From Mobula hypostoma (taxonomy: Eukaryota), in assembly GCF_963921235.1 (NCBI RefSeq), contig NC_086097.1, positions 229,216,001 through 229,280,000 of the forward strand: a DNA stretch of 64,000 nt, written 5' to 3'. A model generated the notes under the pieces. That model searched no databases, had not been told where the DNA came from, and was given only the letters and a program-made list of their open reading frames with translations. This document shows positions 25,075-38,458 of the stretch, piece by piece; position 1 is the first letter of the stretch, and every line of letters begins with the position of its first letter. The translations under genes and the position numbers were made by a program.

Positions 25075-27490
25075 GGGGAAAAGGAGTTTGTGGAGACCCT
25101 CCGAGAAGGATTCTTAAAACAGCTTGTACTGGAGCCTACCCGAGAGAACTCAATTCTAGATTTAGTGTTGTGCAATGAACCGGATTTGATCAGGGACCTC
25201 GAGGTAAAGGAGCCATTAGGAAGTAGTGACCATAATATGATAAGTTTTAATCTACAATTTGAGAGGGAAAAGGGAAACTCGGAAGTGTCAATATTATAGT
25301 TGAACAAAGGGAACTGTGGTGCTATGAGGGAGGAGCTGGCCAAAGTTCAATGGAACAGTACCCTAGCAGGGATGACAGTGGAACAGCAATGGCAAGTGTT
25401 TCTGGGAATAATGCGGAAGGTGCAGGATCAGTTCATTCCAAAGAGGAAGAAAGATCCTAAGGGGCGTAAGGGGAGGCCGTGGCTGACAAGGGAAGAAATG
25501 GACAGTATAAAGATAAAAGAGAAGAAGTATAACATAGAAAAGATGAGTGGGAAGCCGGAGGATTGGGAAACTTTTAAAGAGCAACAGAAGGTAACTAAAA
25601 AGGCAATACGCGGAGAAAAAATGAGGTACGAAGGTAAACTAGCCAGGAATATAAAGGAGGATAGTAAAAGCTTCTTTAGGTATGTGAACTGGAAAAAAAT
25701 AGTTAAGACCAAAATTGGGCCCTTGAAGACAGAAGCAAGTGAATTTATTATGGGGAACAAGGAAATGGCAGACGAGTTGAACAGGTACTTTGGATCTGTC
25801 TTCACTATGGAAGACACAAACAATCTCCCAGATATAATAGTGGCCAAAGGACCTAGGGTAATGGATGAACTGAAGGAAATTTATGTTAGGCAGGAAATGG
25901 TGTTGGATAGACTGTTGGGTCTGAAGGCTGATAAGTCCCCGGGACCTGATGGTCTGCATCCCAGGGTACTTAAGGAGGTGGCTTTACAAATCGCGGATGC
26001 ATTGGTAATCATTTTCCAATGTTCTATAGATTCAGGATCAGTTCCTGTGGATTGGAGGGTGGCTAATGTTGTCTCTCTCTTTAAGAAGGGAGGAAGAGAG
26101 AAAACAAGGAATTATAGACCGGTTTGCCTGACGTCGGTGGTGGGAAACATGCTGGAGTCAATTATAAAAGATGAAATTACGACACATCTGGATAGCAGGA
26201 ACAGGATCGGTCCGAGTCAGCATGGACTTACGAAGGGGAACTCGTGCTTGACTAATCTTCTGGAATCTTTTGAGGATGTAACTATGAAAATGGACAAGGG
26301 AGAGCCAGTGGATGTAGTGTACCTGGCTTTCAGAAAGCCTTTGATAAAGTCCCACATAGGAGATTAGTGGGCAAAATTATGGCACATGGTATTGGGGGCA
26401 GAGTACTGACATGGATTGAAAATTGGCTGGCTGACAGAAAACAAAGAGTAGCGATTAATGGGTCCCTTTCGGAATGGCAGGCGATGACCAGTGGGGTACC
26501 TCAGGGTTCAGTGCTGGGACCGCAGCTGTTTACAATATATATTAATGATTTAGATGAGGGAATTAAAGTAACATTAGCAAATTTGCCGACGACACAAAGC
26601 TGGGTGGCAGTGTGAAATGTGAGGAGGATGTTAAGAGAATGCAGGGTGACTTGGACAGGCTGGGTGAGTGGGCAGATGCAGTTTAATGTGGATAAATGTG
26701 AGGTTATCCACTTTGGTGGTAAGAACAGGAAGGCAGATTATTATCTAAATGGAGTCAAGTTAGGAAAAGGGGAAGTACAACGAGATCTAGGTGTTCTTGT
26801 ACATCAGTCACTGAAAGCAAGCATACAAGTACAGCAGGAAGACAGCTAATGGCAAGCTGGCCTTCATAACAAGGGGAATTGAGTATAAGAGCAAAGAGGT
26901 CCTTCTGCAGCTGTACAGGGCCCTGATGAGACTACACCTGGAGTACTATATGCAGTTTTGGTCTCCAAATTTGAGGAAGGACACTCTTGCTATTGAGGGA
27001 GTGCAGCGTAGGTTGACAAGGTTAATTGGCGGGACTGTCATATGTCGAAAGATTGGTGCGACTGGGATTGTATGCTCTGGAATTTAGAAGGCTGAGAGGG
27101 GATCTTATTGAAACATATAAGACTATTAAGGGATTGGACACTCTGGAGGCAGGAAGCATGTTCCCGCTGATGGCTAAGTCCAGAACAGAGGCCACAGTTT
27201 AAGAATAAGGGGTAGGCCATTTAGAACGGAGTTGAGGAAAAACTTTTTCACCCAGAGAGTGGTGGATATATGGAATGCTCTGCCCCAGAAGGCTGTGGAG
27301 GCCAAGTCTCTGGACACTTTCAAGAAAGAGATGAGTAGAGCTCTTAAAGATAGCGGAATCAAAGGTTATGGGGATAAGCCAGGAACTGGATACTGATTGT
27401 GGATGATCAGCCATGATCAGAGTGAATGGCGGTGTTGGTTGGAAGGGCCAAATGGCCTACTCCTGCACCTATTGTCTATTGGCTATTGAA
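25075..27490 (+). mobile_element. CR1 LINE, 5'-truncated, frameshifted ORF2
   Basis: ORFs 25060-26849 with [24 protein letters not shown]; (CTATTGT)n tail. Confidence 0.95.
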
Positions 27491-27493
27491 GAC

Positions 27494-29017
27494 AGATTAG
27501 ATTAGATTAAGAGGACATGCAGTCCTCTTTTATTGTCATTTAGCTGGGTGGCAGTGTTAGCAGTGAGGAGGATGCTAAGAGGATGCAGGGTGACTTGGAT
27601 AGGTTGGGTGAGTGGGCAAATTCATGGCAGATGCAATTTAATGTGGATAAATGTGAAGTTATCCACTTTGGTGGCAAAAATAGGAAAACAGATTATTATC
27701 TGAATGGTGGCCAATTAGGAAAAGGGGAGGTGCAACGAGACCTGGGTGTCATTATACACCAGTCATTGAAAGTGGGCATGCAGGTACAGCAGGCGGTGAA
27801 AAAGACGAATGGTATGCTGGCATTTATAGCGAGAGGATTCGAGTACAGGAGCAGGGAGGTACTACTGCAGTTGTACAAGGCCTTGGTGAGACCACACCTG
27901 GAGTATTGTGTGCAGTTTTGGTCCCCTAATCTGAGGAAAGACATCCTTGCCATAGAGGGAGTACAAAGAAGGTTCACCAGATTGATTCCTGGGATGGCAG
28001 GACTTTCATATGAAGAAAGACTGGATGAACTGGGCTTGTACTCGTTGGAATTTAGAAGATTGAGGGGGGATCTGATTGAAACGTATAAGATCCTAAAGGG
28101 ATTGGACAGGCTAGATGCAGGAAGATTGTTCCCGATGTTGGGGAAGTCCAGAACGAGGGGCCACAGTTTGAGGATAGAGGGGAAGCCTTTTAGGACCGAG
28201 ATTAGGAAAAACTTCTTCACACAGAGAGTGGTGAATCTGTGGAATTCTCTGCCACAGGAAACAGTTGAGGCCAGTTCATTGGCTATATTTAAGAGGGAGT
28301 TAGATATGGCCCTTGTGGCTACGGGGTCAGGGGGTATGGAGGGAAGGCTGGGGTGGGGTTCTGAGTTGGATGATCAGCCATGATCATAATAAATGGCGGT
28401 GCAGGCTCGAAGGGCCGAATGGCCTACTCCTGCACCTATTTTCCATGTTTCTATGTTAATATTCCTCCGGTGTGATATCACAGAAACACAGGACAGACCA
28501 AGACTGAAAAACTAACAAAAACCACATAAATTATAACATATAGTTACAACAGTGCAACGATACCATAACTTGATGAAGAACATACCGTGAGCATAGTAAA
28601 AAAGTTCAAAGTCTCTCGAAAGTCCCACATCTCACGCAGACGGGAGAAGGAAGAAAACTCTCCCCGCCATGCCTGACCACAATCCGACTCTGAGTCATCC
28701 AAAAATTTCGAGCTCCGATCAGCCCTCCAACACCGAATACCGTGCATCTTCTATGCCGAAGACTTCGACCTCAGCCTCGGTCGCCAGCGGCAGGCAAAGC
28801 CGGGGATTTTGGGGCCTTCCCTCCGGAGATTCTCGATCACACAGTAGCAGCGGCAGCGAACCGGGCATTTCAGAAATTTCTCCAGATGTTCCTCTGTGCC
28901 TTCTCACATTTGTCTCCATCAAATCAGAATTGTGCACAGCGTCCTACTTACAAATACGATATCATTTCACCGGAGAGCTGCGCGCGCTGCGTCACATCGC
29001 CATCTTCTCCTCCTGCC
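27494..29017 (-). mobile_element. 'Family X' copy 2, carrying a nested CR1
   Basis: (AATCT)n tail at 27494; 28458-29017 aligns with 11141-11163 plus 12807-13318. Confidence 0.8.
27542..28457 (+). mobile_element. Young CR1 3' fragment (same subfamily as 8401-11136 and 41794-46209)
   Basis: ORF 27583-28383 is nearly identical in translation to 8496-9353. Confidence 0.95.
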
Positions 29018-29753
29018 TTGCATCTCCCCTGCCATGACAGGTTCCAGTGACTGCCCGATAGACCACTGCAAGAAATTCAATGTTAGAAACATAGAAATAT
29101 ACAGCACATTACAGGCCCTACAACCCACAATGTTGTGCCGACAATATAACCTACTGAAGATCGGGTAAGCAGAACATCTAGATAGTCCTGAAATCCAGCA
29201 AATTAGAACCTGTGAACAAACCTTCAGCTTCTCTCCAGAAAACATTAGGACTGGTTTGATGAAAATGCCAAGGAGGTGTAAGGCCATGTTAAGTGCAACC
29301 AAGAGATCCTTAGATTGGAATTTCTACTGTGCGCCAAATGACAAGAGACAGTCCTACAGGCACCTGAAGGCCAAGGTTCGAAAGAAAACCCATAACCAAA
29401 GAAAAAGCTGATGGGTATGTGGTGCAGATTTTTCAGTGTCTTTAAGAATCTCTGTAACCCAAACACTGAAGATCCTTTCCCTTGAGAACTTAGAATAAAG
29501 GCAAAATTGTCAAGAAAAAAGTAGTCAGAACCCATTGAAAAGAACACCAAGGAAGTGCTCAAAAAGTTAAAAGTAAATTTAGTATTCAATTACATAAATG
29601 TCACCAAGTATTACCTTGAGATTCATTTTAAGCAGGCATTCACAGCAGAACAAAGAAATACAACAAAATAAGTGAAAAACTACACGTGCAGACTGACAAA
29701 CAAGCAAAGTCAAAAAAAGGATATACTCTGCACATACAAAGGGTAATAGTAAA

Positions 29754-31793
29754 CGTAACCCTCAGGTTTGGCTGGCGGCATTAGTCTAGGGGAAGACAGT
29801 CAGTCTCCAATCCCGCCAAACTTGTGAAATCTCGTTTGTGTGGATGCTGCGTGATGTGTTCTCCTGCTACAAATCAGTACCAGGAAAGGTCAGACAGTAC
29901 TCCATATGCAAGTAAACGATTGAGCTTTATAATTCTTGATTTGACTATAGGGTCAGTAAAGAAAACAAAAAGAAAAAGGGCCCATTTTAATGAAACAGTC
30001 TAATGTGCACGTTGGAGCTCACGGTTTTCTATCCATTAGTTCCCCATCAATTTCCTCCGAGCATTGCTGATTGCTGAGCCTCTGGCAATGATCTTTGCAT
30101 CACCAATGAGGACAGGGGATTGGAGGGTTGCGGATGTTGTTCGCTTATTCAAGAAAGGGAGTAGGGATAGCCCAGGAAATTATAGGCCAGTGAGTCTTAC
30201 TTCAGTGGTTGGTAAGTTGATGGAGAAGATCCTGAGAGGCAGGATTTATGAACATTTGGAGAGGCATAATATCATTTGGAATCGTCAGCATGGCTTTGTC
30301 AAAGGCAGGTCGTGCCTTATGAGCCTGATTGAATTTTTTGAGGATGTGACCAAACACACTGATGAAGGTAGAGCCGTAGATGTAGTGTATATGGATTTCA
30401 GCAAGGCATTTGATAAGGTACCCCATGCAAGGCTTATTGAGAAAGTAAGGAGGCATGGGATCCAAGGGGGCATTGCTTTGTGGATCCAGAATTGCCTTGC
30501 CCACAGAAGGCAAAGAGTGGTTGTAGATGGGTCATTTTCTGCATGGAGGCCGGTGACCAGTGGTATGCCTCAGGGATCTGTTCTGGGACCCCTACTCGTT
30601 GTGATTTTTATAAATGACCTGGATGAGGAGGTGGAGGGTTGAATTAGTAAATTTGCTGATGACACAAAGGTTGGGTATGTTGTGGATAGTGTGGAGGGCT
30701 GTCAGAGGTTACAACAGGACAAAACTGGGCTGAGAAGTGGCAGATGGAGTTCAACCCAGATAAGTGTGAGGTGGTTCATTTTGGTAGGTCAAATATGAAG
30801 GCAGAATATAGTATTAATGGTAAGACTTCTGGCAGTGTGGAGGATCAGAGGGATCTTTGGGTCCGAGTCCATCGGACACTCAAAGCTGCTACGCAGGTTG
30901 ACTCTGTAGTTAAGAAGGCATAAGGTGCATTGGCCTTCATCAATCGTTGGGATTGAGTTTAAGAGCCAAGTGGTAATATTGCAGCTATATAGGACCCTGG
31001 TCAGACCCCACTCGGAGTACTGTGCTCAATTCTGTTCGCCTCACTACAGGAAGGATGTTGAAGCCATAGAAAGGGTGCAGAGGAGATTTACAAGGATGTT
31101 GCCTGGATTGGGGAGCATGCCTTATAAGAATAGGTTGAGTGAACTCAGCCTTTTCTCCTTGGAGCGACAGAAGATGAGAAGTGACTTGATAGAGGTGTAC
31201 AAGATAATGAGAGGCATTGATCGTGTGGACAGTCAGAGGCTTTTCCCCAGGGCTGAAATGGTTAGCACAAGAGAGCATAGTTTTAAGGTGCTTGGAAGTA
31301 GGTTCAGAGGAGATGTCAGGAGTAAGTTTTTTACACAGTGTGGTGAGTCTGTGGATTGTGCTGCTGGCAGTGGTGGAGGTGGAAACGATAGGGTCTTTTA
31401 AGAGACTCCTGGATGGCTACATTCAGCTTGGAAGAATAGAGGGCTGTGGGTAAAGCCTAGGTAGCTCTAAGGTAAGGACATGTTCGGCACAGCTTTGAGA
31501 GCTGAAAGGCCTGTATTGTGCTTTATGTTTTCTATGTTGTTGACTCCCGGACCCTCACTTCAAGTCCACGCCATCCTGTGGTCTACCAGCTCACTCCTCT
31601 CGCGTCTTCTCTCTTCATCTCTCGCTGACAAAAATCCACAAATACCTCCTCTCAGGCACATAAGAAAGAAACAACACTCCCCTCATTGGATGGCGCACAT
31701 TCCAAAGCCCCCATTATCTCTAATCATAGCCCAAACACTGCTGCTACAGAGAATCCATTACATTAGCAGTGAAATCTTTCCCAGGGCATTACA
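29754..31793. mobile_element. Solo LTR (Gypsy-like) interrupted by CR1
   Basis: Termini cGTAACCCT...AGGGCATTACA (imperfect TGTAA..TTACA inverted ends) with 4-bp TSD TAAA at 29750-29753 and 31794-31797. Confidence 0.7.
30071..31517 (+). mobile_element. CR1 LINE RT fragment
   Basis: ORF 30064-30642 ([25 protein letters not shown]) and ORF 30925-31401; ttctatgtt tail. Confidence 0.95.
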
Positions 31794-31818
31794 TAAATAA
31801 TAGAACATAAGTTGTAGA

Positions 31819-32135
31819 GTGTGGGCACGTGGCCAAGTGGTTAAGGCATTGGACTAGCTACCTGAAGGTTGTGAGTTCGAGCCCCAGCCGAGGGAACGTG
31901 TTATGTCCTTGAGCAAGGCACTTAATCACACATTGCTCTGCGACGACACTGGTGCCAAGCTGTATGGGTCCTAATGCCCTTCCCTTGGGCAACATTGGTG
32001 TCGTGGAGAGGGGAGACTTGCAGCATGGGCAACTGCTGGTCATCCATACAACCTTGCCCAGGCCTGCACCCTAGAGAGTGAAGACTGTCCAGGTGCAGAT
32101 CCATGGTCTCGCAAGACTAACGGATGCCTTTATAT
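31819..32135 (+). mobile_element. tRNA-derived SINE
   Basis: A box TGGCCAAGTGG 31830-31840, B box GTTCGAGCC 31875-31883, 11-bp TSD TAAGTTGTAGA (31808-31818 and 32136-32146). Confidence 0.9.
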
Positions 32136-32418
32136 TAAGTTGTAGAATCCTTGAAAGTGAGTCCTTAGGTTGTGTACAGTGATTATTTCAGTGAAGTTAC
32201 TCACGCTGGTTCAGGAGCCTGATGGTTATAGGGTAATAACTGTTCCTGAACCTAATGGTGTGGAACCTAAGCTGCTGCGCCTTCCTCCTGATGGCGGTAG
32301 TGAGAAGAGAACATGGCTTGGGTGCTGGCAATCCTTGATGATGGATGCTGTAACCCTGTTGCATCCTTTACTCAGTCACACTGCAAAATATCCTCTTTAG
32401 GTTCTCCATCTTCCAGAC

Positions 32419-33639
32419 CAGGGGTCCCCAACCTTTTTTGCAACGTGGACCAGTTTATTATTGACAATATTCTTGCGGACCGGCCGACCCGGGGGGGGGG
32501 GAGCGTGGTGGGTAGGGTTGCCAACAGACAAGAGTAGCAGTCAAATATGCTGTGTTTACCCCGAGAAAGACTACAATGACCATGAAGCCTTGTGCAGGCA
32601 CCAGTAGTGCGCATGCATGACGTGCACGCGTGTACATGCCGATTTTTTTCCTACAAATCGTTTTTGGCAATTCTGGTTGGGGGGGGTGTTAATCATGACC
32701 AGAATATAGGTGATAAGTGGCTAATACACTCAATTTCGTTTCTAAAAGGGTTTAGCTAACGAATTTAATATTAAGCACACGGCGCATATTTTTTTCATAT
32801 GAATATAGTGATAAATCAATTATCAGGGGAGCTTGAAGTAAGTGTTGAACGAAGTAGAAGTGGTAGAGGCAGGTTCGATAATATAACAAAGAAAAATTGG
32901 ATAGGTATATGGACAGGAAAAGAATGGAGGGTTATGGGCTGAGTGCAGGTCGGTGGGACTAGGTGAGATAAGCGTTCGGCACGGACTAGAAGGGCAGAGA
33001 TGGCCTGTTTCTGTGCTGTGATTGTTATGGTTATATGGTTATATAAGTCATTTATAAGTCAATAGCATCATAACATTTTAAGTAACGTTTGGATATTAAA
33101 CACACAGCACATATTTTCCCTGTGTGAACTTATAAAATCATTGCAACACACTAATATCGCTGAATCAGTGGGAGCCCTGGGCTTGTTTCCCTGCAACAAG
33201 ATGGTGCCATCGAGGGGTGATGGGAGACAGCGATCCTCAAAGGGGGTTCCTTATGTCCAGTCTATTCTGTAATTTAGTTTTCGTTGCATTCATTGCAGAG
33301 ATATGTTGGAAATGGAAGCAACGTTTTCAGTGCTTTCATGGCTATCTCAGGTTATTGAGCCTTGACTTTGATCCAGAATGCCGGCAGAGATGTTATGTCA
33401 AACATACTTTTCAGCCTGCTGTCATTTGCAAGCTCGAGGAGTTGATCTCCTTCCCGCGCTGACATGAATGACATGCGGGTAATGACCTTGTGTGCATTCA
33501 AGCTCAACAGTGGACGCGACAGGGAATGAGGAAAGGTGCAGCTGACTTGTATCGCCAAATCATATCGCTTCCTCGTGGCCCGGCAGTACATGCTTTGCGG
33601 CCCGGTACCGGTCCGCGGCCCGATAGTTGGGGACCGCTG
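32419..33639 (-). mobile_element. hAT-Charlie non-autonomous transposon
   Basis: TIRs CAGGGGTCCCCAAC / GTTGGGGACCGCTG, 8-bp TSD (T/C)TCCAGAC; transposase C-terminal remnant DQLLELANDSRLKSMFDITSLPAFWIKVK. Confidence 0.9.
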
Positions 33640-33769
33640 CTCCAGACCAACCAGAAATTGAAAAGGCCTTCTTATGCTAAATGAAAAACTAGTAATTTTT
33701 GAGCCCAGGCAATATCTCTGTTGAAGTTCTAAAACTTAGCAGAGAGAAACCCCTCTCACATTCATAACA

Positions 33770-34472
33770 TCATATGCTGGGAAGCCTCGAATATCAGTGA
33801 GACTAGATACATGTTGGAGGACCACTTCAACAAGCACCTTTGCTCTGTCTACTGCAACAGCCAGGGACCTCGATGGCCACCCATTTCAATTCCACTTCCC
33901 TTTCCCACACACCAACATGTCTGAACACAGCTTCCTCTACTGTCATGATGAGGCCCAATGCAGGATGAAGGAGGAGCACCTCATATTCTGTCTGGGTGGT
34001 CTCCACTCTGATGGCATGAACATCAATTTCTCTGACTTTCTGTAACCACGCCTTCGGCTTCCTCCCTCCCCGCCTTTGTTTTCCTTCATTCTGGTGGCCC
34101 TCTCACCCCTTCTCTTCCCTTTCCCTACCTTATGACCTGCCTGTCACCTCCATCTGGTTGCCCACCTCCTTCTCCTTATCCCATGATCAACTGTCCTCAC
34201 CTATCAGATACCTTCTTCAGCACTTTACCTCTTCCACCAATCACCTTCCGGCTTTCGCATCACTTCATTTCATGCTCCCTCCCACACCCACCCACCTTCC
34301 TCCTCTCCTGCCAGATTGTACTCCTCCCCCTCCCCCTGCCTTCCTATTCTGGATTCTGCCCTCTTCCTTTCTAGTCCTGATGAAGGGTCTTAGCCCGAAA
34401 TATCAGCTGATATTTCCTTCCATAAATACTAGCTGACTTGCTGAGTTCCTCCAGCATTTTGTGTGTGTTGCT
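33770..34472 (+). mobile_element. Penelope-like element 3' fragment (GIY-YIG end plus terminal repeat)
   Basis: EEHLIFCLGGLHSDGMNINFSDF, then pyrimidine tract and decayed hammerhead. Confidence 0.85.
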
Positions 34473-34914
34473 CAAATATGCTGTAAGTTGACTATTTTCA
34501 GGAAATAAGCAAATCCAACTGTTGTAATTACAGGGGTAACTTCCTGCTGTCTCCAACAAAGGAAGACATATGCCAAGGTGCTCCTCAGTTGCTTTCTCAC
34601 ATTGACTGAAGAGCTGCTCCCTGAATCAGTTCAGATGTCATCTATTTGGAGACATACTGTTAGTGGACATAATACCTCCAAGACTGCGCCAAGAAGTTGA
34701 GTCTCTTTGTATGCGTTTCTGATGGGAGTCATCAAATATTCCTATGTAGGACTACTGCAGCTGAAATCCAAAGTCACAACCGTGAATATTTCAGTGAGCA
34801 ACATCATTTTAAGACATTTACAAAATCTATCAATACTCAAAATCAACAGATTGGGTCACGAGTGCAGTTCCCTTGAAGAAAAAGGAAGCAAGGAAGATGA
34901 GCCGGTTTACCGCT

Positions 34915-37690
34915 ACAATTGAAATGCAGAAGCGTTAGATGCCCACTTTGGATTGTTTGTCTCTGGAAAACAAAACTGAAGACCTCAGAGCAAGAATGCA
35001 GTAACAGAGGGACATCAGGGACTGCTGTGTACTTTGCTTCATGGAAACATGGCTCACCCCCACCAGTTTGGATGCAGTGTTACAGCCTGGTGGTTTTGCC
35101 ACTCACTACAAAGACAAGATAACTGAGTCTTTTAAAGGTAGAGGAGGTGGAGTATACTTTATGATGAACTCATTGTGTGCACAGATGTGGCAGTTCTGTC
35201 TCAATCCTGCTCTCCCAATCTGGAACATCTAGCTATCGTGTCAAGCATTTTATCTGCCAAGGGATTTTTCCGCTGTCATCCTGGTGGCGGTGCACGTTTC
35301 ACCCCTGGCCAATGTCAGGCAGGCACTGGAGGAGCTGAGCACCATGATCAGAAGTCTCAAAACAGCACACCCCCTATCACTGTGGGGAATTTCAACTGGC
35401 CCAGGTTGAAGAAGTCTCTGAACAACTACCACCAACATATCATCTGTGGAAATCGAGGAGCCAACACACTTGACTGCTGTAATAACACCATCAAGAATGC
35501 TTATCATGCCATCTCACACCCAAACTTGGAAAAGTCCACTCAGCTGGCTGTACTTCTACTCCTGGTGTATAGACAGAGACAAAAAACCGCAGCACCAGAG
35601 TTGAGGTCCAAAAAGGTATGGTTACCGTAAGCAGAGGAGTGCCTACATGACTACTTTGTGTCGATGGACTGGATAATATTCAGAAATTCATCTTCAAACC
35701 TAAATAATTATGCTATGCTTGTCACCAACTTCATCAAGTCCTGTTTGCCTTCAAGAACATACCAGACATACCCAAACCAAATGCTGTGGATGAACTAGGA
35801 GATTCATAATTTGCTGAGGGCTAGATCTGTGGTATTCAAGACTGGTTCCAGAACTATACAAGAAGTCCAGGTACAATCTTTGGGGTTATTTTAAGGGCAA
35901 ATAATCAGTTCAGATTGAGGTTAGAGACAGAATCGGATGCATGTCAGCACTGGCAGGGTTTGTAGGCCATTACTTCTTGCAAGGTAAAATCTACCATCAT
36001 GAATGACTGTGATGTGTCACTCTCAAATGAGCTCTCATCTTTCATGCATGCTTTAAAATGGAGAATAAAACTATGCCTATGTGAATCCCTGCAGCACCTG
36101 ATGACCCTATGTTCTGTCTTGGAAACCAAAGTCAAAACATCTTTCAAAAGGGTGAACCTTCAAAAAGTGTCAGGTACTAATAGTGTACTGGTGGGGCAGT
36201 GAAGACCTATGCCAACCAACTGGCAGAACTGTTCAAGGACATCTTCAATTTCTCACTGCTGCAGTTGGACGTTCCCATCTGCTTGAAAAGGGTGACAATC
36301 ACACCATTGCCCAAGAAGAGCGGGATAAGCTATCTCAAAGACTTTTGCTCATTTGCACTCATATCTTTTGTGATGAACTACTTTGAGAAGTTGGTCATGG
36401 CCAGAATCAACTCCTACCTAAGTGAAGATCAGAACCTGCTTCAATTTGCCTATCGCCATAATAGGTCTAGAGCAGATGCAATCTCACCAGCTCTCCACTT
36501 GGCCTTGGATCACCAGATCAATAGCTATAACTATGTCAGGTTGCTCTTTATTGATTACAGTTCACATTCAACACAGTCATACCCTCAGTTCTAATAAAAA
36601 AAACTCTAGAACCTGAGCCTCTGTACCTTCCTCTGCATCTAGATCCTTGACTTCCTCACCGGGAGAGTACAGTCAGTGTGGGTCGGAAATAGCATCTCCC
36701 CCTCACTGACAATCAATACTGGTGCACATTATGGATGTGTGCTTACCTCACTGCTCTACTCTCTCTACACCCATGACTATGTGGCTTGGTACAACTCAAT
36801 CGGCAGCTATAAATTTGCCGATGACGCAACTATTGTTGGCATAATTTCAGATGGTGACAAGGAGGCATACATGAGCGAGATAGATCAGCTGGTTGAGTGG
36901 TGTCGCAACAAAATCTTTCCTCTCAGTGTCAGTAAGATCAGTGAATTGCTTGTAGAGTTCAGGAGAGGTGGTCAAGGGAACACGCACCAGTCCTCATGAA
37001 AGGATCAGTAGTGGAAAGGGTGAGCAGTCTCAGGTTCCTGGGTGTCAACATCTCTGAGAATCTATTCTAGGCTCAACATATTAATGCAATAACAAAGAAG
37101 GCACTACAGCAGTTGTATTTCATTTGGAGTTTGAGGAGACTTGGTATGTCACCAATGACTCTCTCAAATTTCTACAGATGTACCATGGAGAGCATTCTAA
37201 TTGGTTTCATCACCATCTGATATGGAGGGGCCACTGCACAGGGTTGGAAAAGGCTGCAGAAAGTTGTAAACTCAGCCAGCTCCATCTGGGCACTAGCCTC
37301 CCCAGCATCCAGCACACCTTCAAATGGCGATGCATCAAAAAGGTGGCATCCATCATTAACAATCCAGGATGTGCTCTCTTCTCATTGCTACCATCAAGGA
37401 GGAGGTACAGGAGCCTGAAGACACGCAATCAACATTTTAGAAACAGCTTCTTCTCCTCTGCCATCAGATTTTTGAATGGACAATGAACCCATGTACAGTA
37501 CCTCCCTTTATTTTTCCTTTTTTTTTGCTTCCTTTCTGCACTAATTATTTAATTTTATATATATACATTTTTAAAATTTGGTAATTTATAGTTTTTTATT
37601 ATTACGTATTGCAATGTACTGCAGCTGAAAAACAACAATTTTCATAACATTCTGTATGCCAGTGAAGCTAAACTTGATTCTGATTCTGAC
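34915..37690 (+). mobile_element. Rex-Babar-type LINE, most of ORF, disrupted
   Basis: GRGGGV, LQFAYRHNRS..DAI, LFIDYSS, KFADDATIVG, FRNSFF; tail gattctgattctga. Confidence 0.85.
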
Positions 37691-37877
37691 AAATTGGACA
37701 ACACTCATAAAGGGCTTTCATTCTGTTAATCGAAAGTGACTCTGGAGTATCCTTCTTAAATTTGTAGATCGCAGAAATCCATCTCCATTTCATATCTGTT
37801 AAAAGATAGATTGAAATACGTGATTTTAACCAGTGGATCCAAAATACACCAGTCTCAGTCAAGGCTATGTCATCACT

Positions 37878-38458
37878 TTGATTGGGAGACTGTTTTGCCG
37901 AGCACCTACACTCCATCCACCAGAAAAAGCAGGATCGCCCAGCAGCCACCCATTTTAATTCCACTTCCCATTCGCATTCCGACATGTCGGTCCATAGTCT
38001 CCCCTATTACCGCAATGAGGCCACACTCAGCTTGGAGGAGCGACACCTTATATTTTGTCTGGGTAGCCTCTGACCTGATAGTGTGAACATCGATTTCTCA
38101 AACTTCTGGTAATCATTTCCCTCTCCCACCTCACCCACCCATCACCTCCCTCTGGTGCTCCCCCCCCCTTCCCTTTCTTCCATGGCCTTCTGTCTTCTCC
38201 TTTCAGATTCCCCCTACTCCAGACCTTTATCTTTTTCTCCAATCGACTTCCCAACTCTTTACTTCACCCCTCCCCCTCCCAGTTTCACATATCACCTACT
38301 ACCTTGTATTTCTTTCTCCCCTCCCCCCACCTCTTACTCTGACTTTTCATCTTTTTTCTCCAATTCTGATGAAGGGTTTCCGCCCAAAACGTTGACAATT
38401 TACTTGTTTCCATTGATGCTGCCTGGCCTGCTGAGTTCCTCCAGCATTTTGTGTGTAG
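37878..38458 (+). mobile_element. Penelope-like element 3' fragment
   Basis: GDCFAEHLHSI...ATHFNSTSHSHSDM...LEERHLIFCLGSL plus terminal repeat. Confidence 0.9.

Larger units (their letters stand above)
29563..32350 (-). mobile_element. Rex-Babar 3' end interrupted by a solo LTR and a SINE
   Basis: 29563-29753, 31794-31818 and 32136-32350 match the 3' end at 60675-61090. Confidence 0.7.

Noticed and set aside
31821..31895. Apparent tRNA gene
   Set aside because: It continues into a ~240-bp body and is flanked by an 11-bp TSD, so it is a SINE head.
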